Position numbers and translations under genes: made by a program. DNA of 64,000 bases, taken from the NCBI GenBank assembly GCA_009380075.1, contig WHSO01000006.1, forward strand, positions 13,930 to 77,929, in the 5' to 3' direction. Under the pieces are notes generated by a model that saw only the letters and a list, made by a program, of their open reading frames with translations, ran no database searches and was not told the DNA's origin. Source of the stretch: Alphaproteobacteria bacterium. GTDB lineage: Bacteria > Pseudomonadota > Alphaproteobacteria > SMXQ01. Positions 54,603 through 64,000 of this stretch are shown here, piece by piece. Positions within the stretch are counted from its first letter, which is position 1. Every line of letters begins with the position of its first letter.

Positions 54603-55655
54603 TCAGCCGCCGCCGTAGGTGGCGAAGGCGGTGCGAATGCGGCGGCGGTCGAATCCCGCCCGGCGCGCGAGCGCGAGCAGGATGCGTGCCTTGGCCGGGT
54701 CGAGCCATCCGGCCCGGATCAGCCCGCGCGAAACGAGGTCCATTTCCGAGCCCTTGAATCCGTAGGTCCGTGCCAGCACCGGCCCGGCGCCGGCCCGGCT
54801 CGCCAGAATGACGGGTACGCGGCGGGCGAGCGCTTCGGCCGCGTCGGCCGCCTTGGGCGTCAGGTGGCCGCCGCCCATGGCGGCGACGACGACCCCGGCG
54901 AGATCCTCGTCGTAGGCCGCACGCAGAAGTGCCCCGTCGTCGCCCTGGTGCGCGGCGATGACGGCGACGGGACGCACGTCCTTGGGTCGGACCGGAATGG
55001 CGACGACGGTGGCCGCGGTGGGGTAGAGGAGGATCCGCGCCTCGCCCTCGGCGATGAAACCGATGGGCCCGGCATTGGGCGAGGTGAAGGCGTCGGGTGC
55101 ACTGGTGTGAGTCTTGCGCACCAGCGCAGCGGCGTGGATGCGGTCGCCCATCACCACCAGGGTACCGAGCCCTTCCGCTGCGGGGCTGGCGGCGACGGTG
55201 ATGGCGGCAAGCAGGTTGGCCGGCCCGTCCGCGCCCGCGAGCGCCGGATGGCGCATGGCGCCGGTGACCACCACCGGCAGGCGCGCGCCCACCATCAGGT
55301 CGAGGGCGAAGGCGGTCTCCTCGATCGTGTCGGTGCCTTGGGTGACGACGGCGGGGGCGCGGCCCTTGATAATGGCGCGGGCAAGCCCGATCAGATGCTC
55401 GTCACTGAGGTGCGCGCCCGGCAGGCGGCGGAGGTCGAAGGTCTTGATGCGGGCGATGCGGTCGAGCCCGGGTACCGCGCGGCACAGCCCGCGCGCCGTC
55501 AGTCGGGGCTCGACCCCTCCGGCCGGAGCGCGTCCGGCGGCGGACGGCGCCTTGCGGGCGGTCCGGGCCGCGGGCGCGGCGCCGCGGCCACCGGGTGGGG
55601 CGGCCATGGCGATCGTGCCGCCGAGGGCGAAGACATTGACGGTCGTCAGGGACAT
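54603..55655 (-). CDS. Asparaginase/glutaminase family protein
   Basis: LGGTIAM, TQGTDTIEETAF, VVTGAMR and DGPANL. Confidence 0.9.
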   Translation of the reverse strand: MSLTTVNVFALGGTIAMAAPPGGRGAAPAARTARKAPSAAGRAPAGGVEPRLTARGLCRAVPGLDRIARIKTFDLRRLPGAHLSDEHLIGLARAIIKGRAPAVVTQGTDTIEETAFALDLMVGARLPVVVTGAMRHPALAGADGPANLLAAITVAASPAAEGLGTLVVMGDRIHAAALVRKTHTSAPDAFTSPNAGPIGFIAEGEARILLYPTAATVVAIPVRPKDVRPVAVIAAHQGDDGALLRAAYDEDLAGVVVAAMGGGHLTPKAADAAEALARRVPVILASRAGAGPVLARTYGFKGSEMDLVSRGLIRAGWLDPAKARILLALARRAGFDRRRIRTAFATYGGG

Positions 55656-55666
55656 GACGGCCGATC

Positions 55667-56158
55667 TTACGCGGGCCGGGTCTCCCAGGTCACGTCCAGC
55701 GTGACCTGGGCATCCTTCAGCAGGTTCATCACCGGGCAGCGCATCTCGACGTTCTTGCGCAGCTTGGCGAGACGCTCGGGCGGCTCATTGGTCCGGATCA
55801 GGACCGTGAGGGCGACGCGCTGGAAATGGGGCCGCACCCCGACCACCCCGCGCGAGCCGCGCCCGTCGACCCAGCCGTCGCATTCGAACTCGACGCCGGA
55901 ATAGCGGAAATTCATGGCCTTGGCACAGCGGTTGATGATCACCCCCTCGCAGCCCACCAGGGCGCAGAGGACGGTTTCGAGCGGCGACGGCCCGATATTG
56001 GTGCCGGTCTTTTCGTCGGTCACGACCTCGAAACCGCGCACCTTCGACACGGTTTTCGGCTCGGCGGCGTTGGTGGCGCGAATCTCGCGCACCCCCAGCA
56101 GCTTGGCGTGGGGATCGACCTCGGGCGGCAGGATGTCGGGATCTCGGGCATCGGTCAT
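55667..56158 (-). CDS. OsmC/Ohr family protein
   Basis: TDE..GTNIGPSPLE..ALVGC and EMRCPV (two-Cys pattern). Confidence 0.85.
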   Translation of the reverse strand: MTDARDPDILPPEVDPHAKLLGVREIRATNAAEPKTVSKVRGFEVVTDEKTGTNIGPSPLETVLCALVGCEGVIINRCAKAMNFRYSGVEFECDGWVDGRGSRGVVGVRPHFQRVALTVLIRTNEPPERLAKLRKNVEMRCPVMNLLKDAQVTLDVTWETRPA

Positions 56159-56280
56159 GACGCTGTCCTTTCGGGAGAGCGCGCGCGGCGCGCGGCGCGG
56201 GTTCGACAAGGCTGCGGTCGGCGGCTATTGTTGCGGCCGGGCGTGGAAGGCGCGGTCCATCGCAGGGAGGAATTGGGAAA

Positions 56281-56979
56281 TTGGCGACTTTGCAGGTGCT
56301 GAGCGCGGGCGCGGTCAAGCCGGCGCTGGCCACCATCGGCCCGGCGTTCGAGGCGGCGGAAGGGATCGCCATCGCCGCCACCTTCGGCCCGGCCCCCGAG
56401 CTGCGCGAACGGACAAAGGGTGGCACCGGTGCCTTCGGCGTGGTCATCGGCCCGCAATCCCTGATCGCGGCGCTGATCGATGAAGGCAAGCTGGTGGCCG
56501 ACAGCCGCCGAGCCCTCGGCGGGGTCAAGGCGGCAATCGCCCTTCACCGCGATGCCCGCGTGCCCGACCTGTCCACTCTGGACGCGGTGCGCGCGGCCGT
56601 GCGCGCGGCCTCGGCCATCGTCTACAACACCGCCTCGTCCGGGCAGTACATCGACGACATGATCAAGGGACTCGGCATCGCCGAAGAGGTCGAGCCGCGG
56701 GTCCACCGCTTCCCGACCGCGGAAGACGCCATGCGCTTCCTCGGCTCCGACGCGGGCCGCGACGCCATCGGCTTCGGCCAGTCCTCGGCCATACGGGGCT
56801 ACGAGAAAACCCTCGGCGTGCGCCAGGCGGCGGCCCTGCCCAACGCCATCGGCAACGTCACCCGCTACGAGGCCGCGCGGACGGCGACGGCGCCCGATGC
56901 GGCCGCGGCGCAGGCCTTCGTCGTCTTCCTCGCCGGGCCGGAGGGACGCCGCCACCTCGCGGCGACCGGGGTCGAATAG
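56281..56979 (+). CDS. ModA-like (SBP_bac_11) binding-fold protein without a signal peptide
   Basis: LQVLSAGAV, ASSGQY and AFVVFLAGPE; TTG start after a GGGAGG RBS. Confidence 0.75.
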   Translation: MATLQVLSAGAVKPALATIGPAFEAAEGIAIAATFGPAPELRERTKGGTGAFGVVIGPQSLIAALIDEGKLVADSRRALGGVKAAIALHRDARVPDLSTLDAVRAAVRAASAIVYNTASSGQYIDDMIKGLGIAEEVEPRVHRFPTAEDAMRFLGSDAGRDAIGFGQSSAIRGYEKTLGVRQAAALPNAIGNVTRYEAARTATAPDAAAAQAFVVFLAGPEGRRHLAATGVE

Positions 56980-57013
56980 GGCGCCGGAACGCGCGTGGCC
57001 CGGCCTCCGCGCC

Positions 57014-58531
57014 TCAGGCACTCCGGACCTTCCGGCGGCCGTTCCGCCGCTCGAACCAGATCGGAATGGCGAGATTGAGGAACAGGCACACCCACAGGAT
57101 GTTGCCGAGCGTCGAGGAGAACAGCACGCTGATGTCGCCCTGGGACATCTTCAGCGCGCGGATGAAATAGGTTTCCAGAAGCGGCCCCAGGATGACCCCG
57201 ATCAGGATGGCCGCGACGTGATAGCCGGTCCGGCGCGCGATATAGCCGATCACGCCGAAGGCCAACGCCAGATACATGTCGAAGATGTAATCGCGCGACA
57301 CGAAGGCGCCGACCAGGGTGAACGCGATCACGACGGGCGCCATGTAGACCGTGCGCACCACGGTGACATGCGACATGTAGCGTGCCAGCAGCGGGATGGT
57401 GAAGATCATCAGGAAGTAGGTCACCGCCATGGCCGTGAACGGCAGGTACGCGAGCTTCGGGTTGTTGACGAACAGGTCGGTCCCCATGGTGACGTTATGG
57501 TACTGCAGCACCACCAGCATGATCGCCGCCGTGGCGCCGCCGGGGATGCCGAGGATCAGCAGCGGCACCAGCGTGCCCGAAGTGACGCCGTTGTTGGCTG
57601 CCTCGGGCGCGATCAGGCCCTCGATGTGCCCGGTGCCGTAGAGCTCCGGCGTCTTCGAATAGGTCTTCGACTGCTGATAGGCGACGAAGGACGCGATCGC
57701 CGCGCCGGCGCCGGGAATGATGCCGATGAACAGGCCGATGATCGATGTCCACACCACGTGCCACCAGCGCTTCAGCGTCTCGCGGACGCCCTCGATCGTC
57801 GGAGCCCAGCCCGTCGAGTGCAGGACGGCGGCGCGCCCGCGCTCGGTCAGGATGGTGTCGCGATCGATGACGATGAAGGCCTCGGAGATCGCGAACAGGC
57901 CGACGAGGGCGGGAATCAGCGGTATGCCGTCATAGAGCTCGAGGAAACCCATGCTGCCGCGCGGCATTTCGTAAACCACGTCGGCGCCGATCGCCCCGAT
58001 CATCAGGCCGAAGAAACCCGCGGTCAGGCCCTTGAGCGTATCCCCCGTGGCGATGGTCGCGATCAGCGAGATGCCGAACAGCATGACCACGATCATCTCG
58101 ACCGAATGCAGGTAAAAGGCAACCTCGGCCAGCCACGGCATGGCGATCAGCGCCACCACCGTGGTGATCAGGCCGCCGAGCACGGAGGAGGTGAAGGAGA
58201 TCGCCAGCGCCTGCTGCCCGCGGCCCTGCTGCGTCATGGGATAGCCGTCCAGCGGCGTCGCCGCGGCGCCGGCGGTGCCGGGGATATTGACCAGGATCGC
58301 CGGGATGCCCGCGCCCATGCGCGACGAACAATAGATCGCGATCATGGCGACGAAGCCCACGTCGATCGGAAGGACGATGGCGAGCGGCAACAGCATGATG
58401 ATGGTGTTTGCCGCCGAGAACCCGGGGATGGCGCCGACGACGAGCCCGAGAACGATCGACGGAACGATCACCCACCAGTACTGGATGGTCTCGGCGAACA
58501 GTTCGATGAAAATGCGGGGATCGAATTCCAT
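57014..58531 (-). CDS. tctA: Tripartite tricarboxylate transporter large subunit TctA
   Basis: GAIPG, NIPGTAGAAATPLDGYPM, APEAANNG and LGIPG. Confidence 0.94.
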   Translation of the reverse strand: MEFDPRIFIELFAETIQYWWVIVPSIVLGLVVGAIPGFSAANTIIMLLPLAIVLPIDVGFVAMIAIYCSSRMGAGIPAILVNIPGTAGAAATPLDGYPMTQQGRGQQALAISFTSSVLGGLITTVVALIAMPWLAEVAFYLHSVEMIVVMLFGISLIATIATGDTLKGLTAGFFGLMIGAIGADVVYEMPRGSMGFLELYDGIPLIPALVGLFAISEAFIVIDRDTILTERGRAAVLHSTGWAPTIEGVRETLKRWWHVVWTSIIGLFIGIIPGAGAAIASFVAYQQSKTYSKTPELYGTGHIEGLIAPEAANNGVTSGTLVPLLILGIPGGATAAIMLVVLQYHNVTMGTDLFVNNPKLAYLPFTAMAVTYFLMIFTIPLLARYMSHVTVVRTVYMAPVVIAFTLVGAFVSRDYIFDMYLALAFGVIGYIARRTGYHVAAILIGVILGPLLETYFIRALKMSQGDISVLFSSTLGNILWVCLFLNLAIPIWFERRNGRRKVRSA

Positions 58532-58532
58532 G

Positions 58533-59069
58533 TCACAGGATCCCCCGCATCAGCGTTTCAAACAGGCCCGCGGGGAAGCGGACCTCGAAGGCGACCACGA
58601 AGAGCAGCCAGCCGCCGAGGGCGAGCACGGTTGACAGAGCGACGATCAGTTTCGGGTGCCGGCCCTCGTTGAGCACCAGCATGGCGAGCATGAGGAAAAT
58701 GAATGTGGTGAGCGTGAAGCCGAACCATCGGATGACGAAGATGTAACCGATGGTGAGCGCGAGCAGGGCAAGCCGCTTCACGATGAAATTGCGTGGCGCG
58801 ATGAGGGTTTCCAGATCGAGCGTCATCGTGCCGCGCCGTGCCGCCAGCGCAAGGCGGACAATGACGGCGACGCTGCAAAGGATGAGGATGCAGCCGACGA
58901 AAAAGGAACTGACCTGAGCCGTCCACGGAGCTTCCCAGACGGTGGAGAAGTAATAGATGGTGAAAACGATGCCCGCGACGGGGATGATCATTTCCGCGCT
59001 GGCCGACCTCCGGGGTTTTTGCAGGGGTTTTGCGGCGGCATTGGCACCGCCGAGTGCTTCTTCGGTCAT
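58533..59069 (-). CDS. tctB: Tripartite tricarboxylate transporter small subunit TctB
   Basis: About 5 TM segments, C-terminal FEVRFPAG; lies between tctC and tctA. Confidence 0.85.
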   Translation of the reverse strand: MTEEALGGANAAAKPLQKPRRSASAEMIIPVAGIVFTIYYFSTVWEAPWTAQVSSFFVGCILILCSVAVIVRLALAARRGTMTLDLETLIAPRNFIVKRLALLALTIGYIFVIRWFGFTLTTFIFLMLAMLVLNEGRHPKLIVALSTVLALGGWLLFVVAFEVRFPAGLFETLMRGIL

Positions 59070-59118
59070 GGGATTATTCGGGTCCTATGGATCGGGGACG
59101 GCGGATGGGCGCGGAAAA

Positions 59119-59144
59119 GGGGCGGTGGATTCATCCGCCGCCCC
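59119..59144 (-). other. Intergenic stem-loop between tctC and tctB
   Basis: GGGGCGGTGGAT-TC-ATCCGCCGCCCC. Confidence 0.5.
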
Positions 59145-59161
59145 GATCCCTTCGACAAGTG

Positions 59162-60220
59162 TCAGCCCTTCTTCTTTTTCTTCTTGGCGGCTTCCTTGGC
59201 GGAGGCACCCCGCAGCAGGTCACCGTACTCTTCGCCGATCGCCAGGATATTCTTTACGTACTCGGCGCATTCCTTCTGCCCGCCGGGACTGATCAACTCC
59301 CACGGGGCCTTGGCCTTGATAACCGCCTGCTTGTATTCCTCGGTGGCGACGACCTTGCGGAGGGTGTCCTCGAGAATCTTCATGCGGTCGGGATATTTCT
59401 GGATTGTCTCCGCCTTGACCGCGAAGGCCCGTGCCGAAACCAGTGGCGGCAGCTTGGTGCCGAACTTCGCATTGACGAGGGGGGCGTTGTCGATCTTGCC
59501 GCCCAGGACGTTCTTGTCGTCGAACAGCGCCAATGCCTTGAAGTTCTTCTGCTGAATCACGATGCTGGCCGAGGGCAGCGCGCCGAACGGCACCTCTCCC
59601 GTCGCAACCGCGTTGCGGGTGTTGCGTCCGCCGGAGAACGGAATCGGGTTGAACTTGGCGCCGGTCGCCTTTCCCAACGCCAGCACGCCGATGGTCGCCG
59701 GGTGGGCGATGCGGCTGGTGGCGAAGTTGAGGGTTTCCTTCTTTCCGGCCGCGACGATGTCCTCGATGGTCTTGAACTTCGAGCGCCGGCTGATGTAGAT
59801 GATGCTCGGGTCCGAATCCACACGGAAGAAGTAACGATAGGCGTCGAGCGGGAAGGTGGGCTTCTTCACGACCCAGTTCAGCACTTCCGGTCCCATGTTG
59901 CCGAACAGCAGTTCGTGACCGTCGGACGAAGCCTTGCCCATGTACTGCTCGTAGGCGACGCGCCCGGCCGCGCCGGGCTGGAACACCGGTTCGAAGTTGA
60001 TTTTGAGAAGTTTCTTCCAGACTCCGGTGACGAGCTGCAGGTTGAGGTCCGCGCCGCCGCCCTGGCGCGTCGGAATGTAGACCTTGATGTTCTTGGACGG
60101 GAAGTCGGCGGCATAGGCGTCGGCGATACGTCCCGAGCTCAGGATGCCGGCGGTGATCGTGGCGACGGTTCCCATCAGGAAGCGGCGCCGGTGCAATTCG
60201 AACAGGTAGTCGTCTGACAT
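59162..60220 (-). CDS. tctC: TctC/Bug substrate-binding protein with a twin-arginine signal
   Basis: HRRRFL Tat motif, FPSKNI, GGGAD, PGAAG, DGHELL and IPFSGG. Confidence 0.88.
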   Translation of the reverse strand: MSDDYLFELHRRRFLMGTVATITAGILSSGRIADAYAADFPSKNIKVYIPTRQGGGADLNLQLVTGVWKKLLKINFEPVFQPGAAGRVAYEQYMGKASSDGHELLFGNMGPEVLNWVVKKPTFPLDAYRYFFRVDSDPSIIYISRRSKFKTIEDIVAAGKKETLNFATSRIAHPATIGVLALGKATGAKFNPIPFSGGRNTRNAVATGEVPFGALPSASIVIQQKNFKALALFDDKNVLGGKIDNAPLVNAKFGTKLPPLVSARAFAVKAETIQKYPDRMKILEDTLRKVVATEEYKQAVIKAKAPWELISPGGQKECAEYVKNILAIGEEYGDLLRGASAKEAAKKKKKKG

Positions 60221-60525
60221 GTCACTCTCCCGGTTGCCGTGCCCCGGGGGCACGGGTTCACGTTATCGGTCGCGGCAATTGCTTTACGGAACCCGGTCAT
60301 CGCATGGTGATGTCGACAAACATCCCCAGTCCTGTATGCGACTGTGCTCAGATACGAATCAACGGAATGACGGCCAAGCTCCCTGTCGTGTCGTACGTGT
60401 TGGCGTACTGTTTTGTAATATGCTGAAAATACGTTCTATTTTCAGCGAGCCGCTGCCCGGATGATGACTCCTCCGTTCCATCCGGGTCAAGGCACGATCT
60501 GGTGAACTTATCCACAGGAGGGCCC

Positions 60526-61446
60526 ATGCGTTTCATCATGATGGGGTCGGGCGGGGTCGGCGGGTATTTCGGCGCCCGACTCGCCGCGGCCGGCCACGGC
60601 GTCGGCTTTGTCGCCCGTGGTGCGCATCTGGCGGCCATGAAAACAGCGGGCCTGCGCGTCACCAGCCCATGCGGGGACGTGACCGTGTCGCCGGTCGTGG
60701 CGGCCGAGGACCCGGCGGTGCTCGGGGCCGCTGACGTGATCTTCGTCGCGGTCAAGCTCGGCGACCTCAAGGATGCGCTCGGCCGTATCGCACCCGCCGT
60801 CGGGCCCGCGACGACGGTTATCTCATTGCAGAACGGGGTCGAGGCCGAGGACCGGCTGGTCGCCGCCTTCGGGCCCGGGCGGGTGGCCGGCGGCGTCGCC
60901 TATATCGCCGCGGCGGTCGAGGCGCCCGGCACCATCCGTCATATCGGCACCAACCAGCGCATCGAGATCGGCACCCTGCCCGGGGGCGAGGCGGTCCCCG
61001 TCGCGGCCATCGTTGCGGCGCTGGCGGAGGCCGGCATCGACGCCGCGGCCGTCGCCGATATCCGCCACGCTATCTGGCGGAAGTTCGTGTTCCTCGTCGC
61101 CCTCTCGGCGACGACGACACTGACCGGCCGCACCATCGGCGTCGTCCGCGCCGACCCGCACGCCCGCGCCCTGTTCGCCGATCTGATGGCCGAGGCCGCC
61201 GCCGTCGGCGGCGCCCGCGGCATCCCGCTGGCCGACGACATCGTCGCCGACCGCCTCGCCCTGACCGATACGCTGCCCGAGGCAATGACCTCCTCCATGG
61301 CCCACGACGCGGCGGCGGGACGGCCGCTCGAAGCGGATTGGCTGTCCGGCGCCGTGGTCCGGATGGGGCGTGAAACCGGCGTCCCGACCCCGGCCAACAA
61401 CGCCGCAGTGGCGATCCTGGCGCTGCGCCGGGACGCCGGACGATAG
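60526..61446 (+). CDS. panE: 2-dehydropantoate 2-reductase family protein
   Basis: GSGGVGGYFG, LQNGV, IWRKFV, SSMAHD and GRPLE. Confidence 0.85.
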   Translation: MRFIMMGSGGVGGYFGARLAAAGHGVGFVARGAHLAAMKTAGLRVTSPCGDVTVSPVVAAEDPAVLGAADVIFVAVKLGDLKDALGRIAPAVGPATTVISLQNGVEAEDRLVAAFGPGRVAGGVAYIAAAVEAPGTIRHIGTNQRIEIGTLPGGEAVPVAAIVAALAEAGIDAAAVADIRHAIWRKFVFLVALSATTTLTGRTIGVVRADPHARALFADLMAEAAAVGGARGIPLADDIVADRLALTDTLPEAMTSSMAHDAAAGRPLEADWLSGAVVRMGRETGVPTPANNAAVAILALRRDAGR

Positions 61447-61610
61447 GGCAGGCCGCGGCTTCCGGCCGTGGGTCCGCCAGCCACCTTGACCCTCGCGCCG
61501 CAATCTTCGTATATCAGGGGCGCTCGCGTCGGCGAGAACGGAACCTTGCTCCGGTGTCGCGCGCGGTCCCCGCGGGATCGTTTTTACCAACCGAACAAGA
61601 GGATGCCCTG

Positions 61611-62300
61611 ATGAGCTACGCCGTTCCCGCCGCGCCGGTGGTTGCGCTCCCCGTGGCCGGATCCGAAGACACCTTCCCGGTGCGCCGCATCTGGTGCGTC
61701 GGGCGCAACTACGCCGCCCATGCCCGCGAGATGGGCTCCGATCCGGACCGCGACCCGCCGTTCTTTTTCGCCAAGCCGACCGACGCGATCGTGCAAAACG
61801 GCGACCCGATCCCCTATCCCGCCGGCACCAAAAACCTTCATCACGAGATCGAGCTCGTCGTCGCCATCGGCAAGGCGGGTAGCCGCATTCCGGTGGACCA
61901 GGCGCTGGAGCACGTCTACGGTTACGCCGTCGGTCTCGACATGACGCGGCGCGACCTGCAGAACGCCGCCAAGGATTCGGGGCGTCCGTGGGAAATGGGC
62001 AAGTCCTACGACTTTTCGGCGCCGTGCTCCGCCATCCAGCCGGCCGTGCGCATCGGCCATCCCGACAAGGGCGCGATCTGGGTCAAGGTCAACGGCACCG
62101 TCAAGCAGTCGAGCGACATTTCCAACCTGATCTGGAACGTGGCCGAGACCATCTCCCACCTGTCGCAACTGATCGACTTGCGTCCCGGCGACATCATCTA
62201 CACCGGCACGCCGGAAGGCGTGGCGGCGGTGGTCGCGGGCGACGTCATGGAAGGGCATATCGACGGGGTCGGCGATATCCGGACGCCCGTGATCGCGTGA
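61611..62300 (+). CDS. Fumarylacetoacetate hydrolase family protein (fumarylpyruvate hydrolase-like)
   Basis: RRIWCVGRNYAAHAREMG, HHEIEL, DMTRRDLQ and GDIIYTGTPEGV. Confidence 0.92.
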   Translation: MSYAVPAAPVVALPVAGSEDTFPVRRIWCVGRNYAAHAREMGSDPDRDPPFFFAKPTDAIVQNGDPIPYPAGTKNLHHEIELVVAIGKAGSRIPVDQALEHVYGYAVGLDMTRRDLQNAAKDSGRPWEMGKSYDFSAPCSAIQPAVRIGHPDKGAIWVKVNGTVKQSSDISNLIWNVAETISHLSQLIDLRPGDIIYTGTPEGVAAVVAGDVMEGHIDGVGDIRTPVIA

Positions 62301-62313
62301 TCGCCGGCGCCTG

Positions 62314-63548
62314 ATGGAAGACAACCTCGCCACCGAACGGCCGACCTTCGTCACCCATCTCGAATGCGGGATGACCGGGGAAAGGCTCCCCGCCGACCGG
62401 CTCGCCAACCTGTCGCCGGAGGGCAAGCCGTTGCTGGTGCGCTACGACCTCGCCGCCATCCGCAAGGCGGTGTCGCGTGAGGCGCTTGCCGCCCGCGCGC
62501 CGGACCTGTGGCGCTACCGCGAACTGCTGCCGGTGCGCCGCTGCGACAATATCGTTTCACTTGGCGAGACCATGACGCCGCTGATCGACCTGCCGCGGCT
62601 GCGCGCGGCGCTTGGCGGCGGCGACATCCTCGTCAAGGACGAAGGCCGCCTGCCCACCGGCTCGTTCAAGGCGCGCGGCCTCGTCCTGGCGGTGTCCATG
62701 GCGAAGGAGCTTGGCGTGCGCAAGATGGCGATGGCGACCAACGGCAACGCCGGCGCGGCGCTCGCGGCCTATGGTTCGCGTGCCGGGATAGAGACCGTCG
62801 TGTTCTGCCCGGCCGACACGCCGGAAGTGAACGTGTGCGAGATCGCGTTGCAGGGCGCGCGGGTCTATCGCGTCAACGGTCTGATCAACGATTGCGGCAG
62901 GATCGTCGTCGACGGGCGCGACGCGGCGGGCTGGTTCGAGGCGAATACGCTGAAAGAGCCCTACCGCATCGAGGGCAAGAAGACCATGGGGCTCGAGCTC
63001 GCCGAACAGCTCGGCTGGGATCTGCCCGACGTGATTCTCTACCGACCGGCGGCGGCACCGGGCTGATCGGCATGTGGAAGGCCTTTGCCGAACTGGAAGC
63101 CCTGGGGTGGATCGGGCCGAAGCGCCCGCGCATGGTCGCGGTGCAGGCGTCGGGCTGCGCCCCCATCGTCAAGGCGTATGAGGATGGGGTCGAGCACGCC
63201 GAACTGTGGCAGGGGGCGCATACTGTCGCCGCCGGCATCCGCGTGCCCGTCGCCATCGGCGATTTCCTCATCCTGCGCGCGGTGCGGGAATCGAACGGCT
63301 TCGCCGTCGCCGTCGAAGACGACCTGATCGAGGCGGGACGCGAGGAGGTGGCCAAGACCGAGGGCCTGCTCTTGTGCCCCGAAGGGGCGGCGACCTACGC
63401 CGCCTACAAGCAGGAACTGGCGTCGGGGCGCATCGGCAAGGGCGAACGGGTCGTCCTGTTCAACTGCGGCAACGGGCTCAAGTATCCGATGCCACCGGCC
63501 GAGGCCGCGCTCGATCTCAACCGACCCATCGACTACGCCGCACTCTAG
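62314..63548 (+). CDS. Threonine synthase-like PLP enzyme, frameshifted near 63042 (probable sequencing error)
   Basis: KDEGRLPTGSFKARG and EPYRIEGKKT, then TGGGTGLIG in another frame; TAC CG ACC lacks one C of ILYPTGGG. Confidence 0.88.
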
Positions 63549-64000
63549 CGCGCAAGAGCCCGCGCGGCGCGGCGCACGGCACGGAAGACACGGCTGTGGG
63601 TGCCACAGCGGCACAGGTTGTCCTGCAGCGCGACGCGGATCGCGTCGGTGTCGGGATCGGGATTCCTGTCGAGCAGGACCTTGGCCGAAATCATGATGCC
63701 GCTGGTGCAGTAGCCGCATTGTGCCGCCTGCTCGGCGATGAAGGCGGCCTGCACCGGATGCGGGTTCTCCGGCGTGCCGAGCCCCTCCAGGGTCACGATC
63801 GCCTTGCCCGCGGCGTCGCGCACCGTCAGCGTGCAGGAGAACGCCTTGTCGCCGTCGACGATGACGTTGCAGGTGCCGCACTGTTCGGTGCCGCAGCCGT
63901 ATTTGGGCGAGGCGAGCCCGATGTCGTTGCGCAGGACGTAGAGGAGCGGCGTATCGCCCTCCGCCGTCACCGAATGCTCCCTGCCGTTGACGCTGAGCCG
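63545..64000 (-). CDS. (2Fe-2S)-binding small subunit of a molybdo-hydroxylase; 5' end lies beyond the window
   Basis: LSVNG..LLYVLR, KYGCGTEQCGTC, QCGYCTSG and NLCRCG. Confidence 0.92.
   Translation of the reverse strand, partial: RLSVNGREHSVTAEGDTPLLYVLRNDIGLASPKYGCGTEQCGTCNVIVDGDKAFSCTLTVRDAAGKAIVTLEGLGTPENPHPVQAAFIAEQAAQCGYCTSGIMISAKVLLDRNPDPDTDAIRVALQDNLCRCGTHSRVFRAVRRAARALAR

Noticed and set aside
60220-60525. Replication origin in the tctC-panE intergenic region
   Set aside because: Only one DnaA box, no extended AT-rich unwinding element, and no origin-associated genes.

Overview
GC-rich alphaproteobacterial chromosomal segment (Rhodospirillales-like gene order; the taxon is inferred from gene content). 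Contents left to right: CDP-sugar and exopolysaccharide export genes (rfbC-like, SDR, rfbF, GT2, OM beta-barrel, OPX, Wzc); an unannotated small membrane protein with a CtrA box; a divergent pair of Rieske oxygenases sharing a 199-bp near-identical inverted segment; an ArsR/SRPBCC pair; the ccmABCDEFGHI operon; acnA; helicase-S4-fdxA-carD; pip, pagL-like and katG (with two Irr/PerR-like boxes); tRNA-Arg(CCT); a ~1.9-kb phage-type switch remnant (nested inverted repeats dense in GANTC sites, XRE repressor, Ner-like gene); galE and a methyltransferase; and a carboxylate-metabolism region (aceB, two hydrolases, Mo-hydroxylase, putative oxalyl-CoA ligase/reductase, TTT transporter, FAH, thrC-like). 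ccmB and thrC-like each carry a 1-bp deletion in a short homopolymer, probably an assembly error. The best candidates for something undescribed are the tRNA-adjacent repeat/repressor/Ner module and the inverted Rieske pair. All calls come from reading the sequence; no searches were run.
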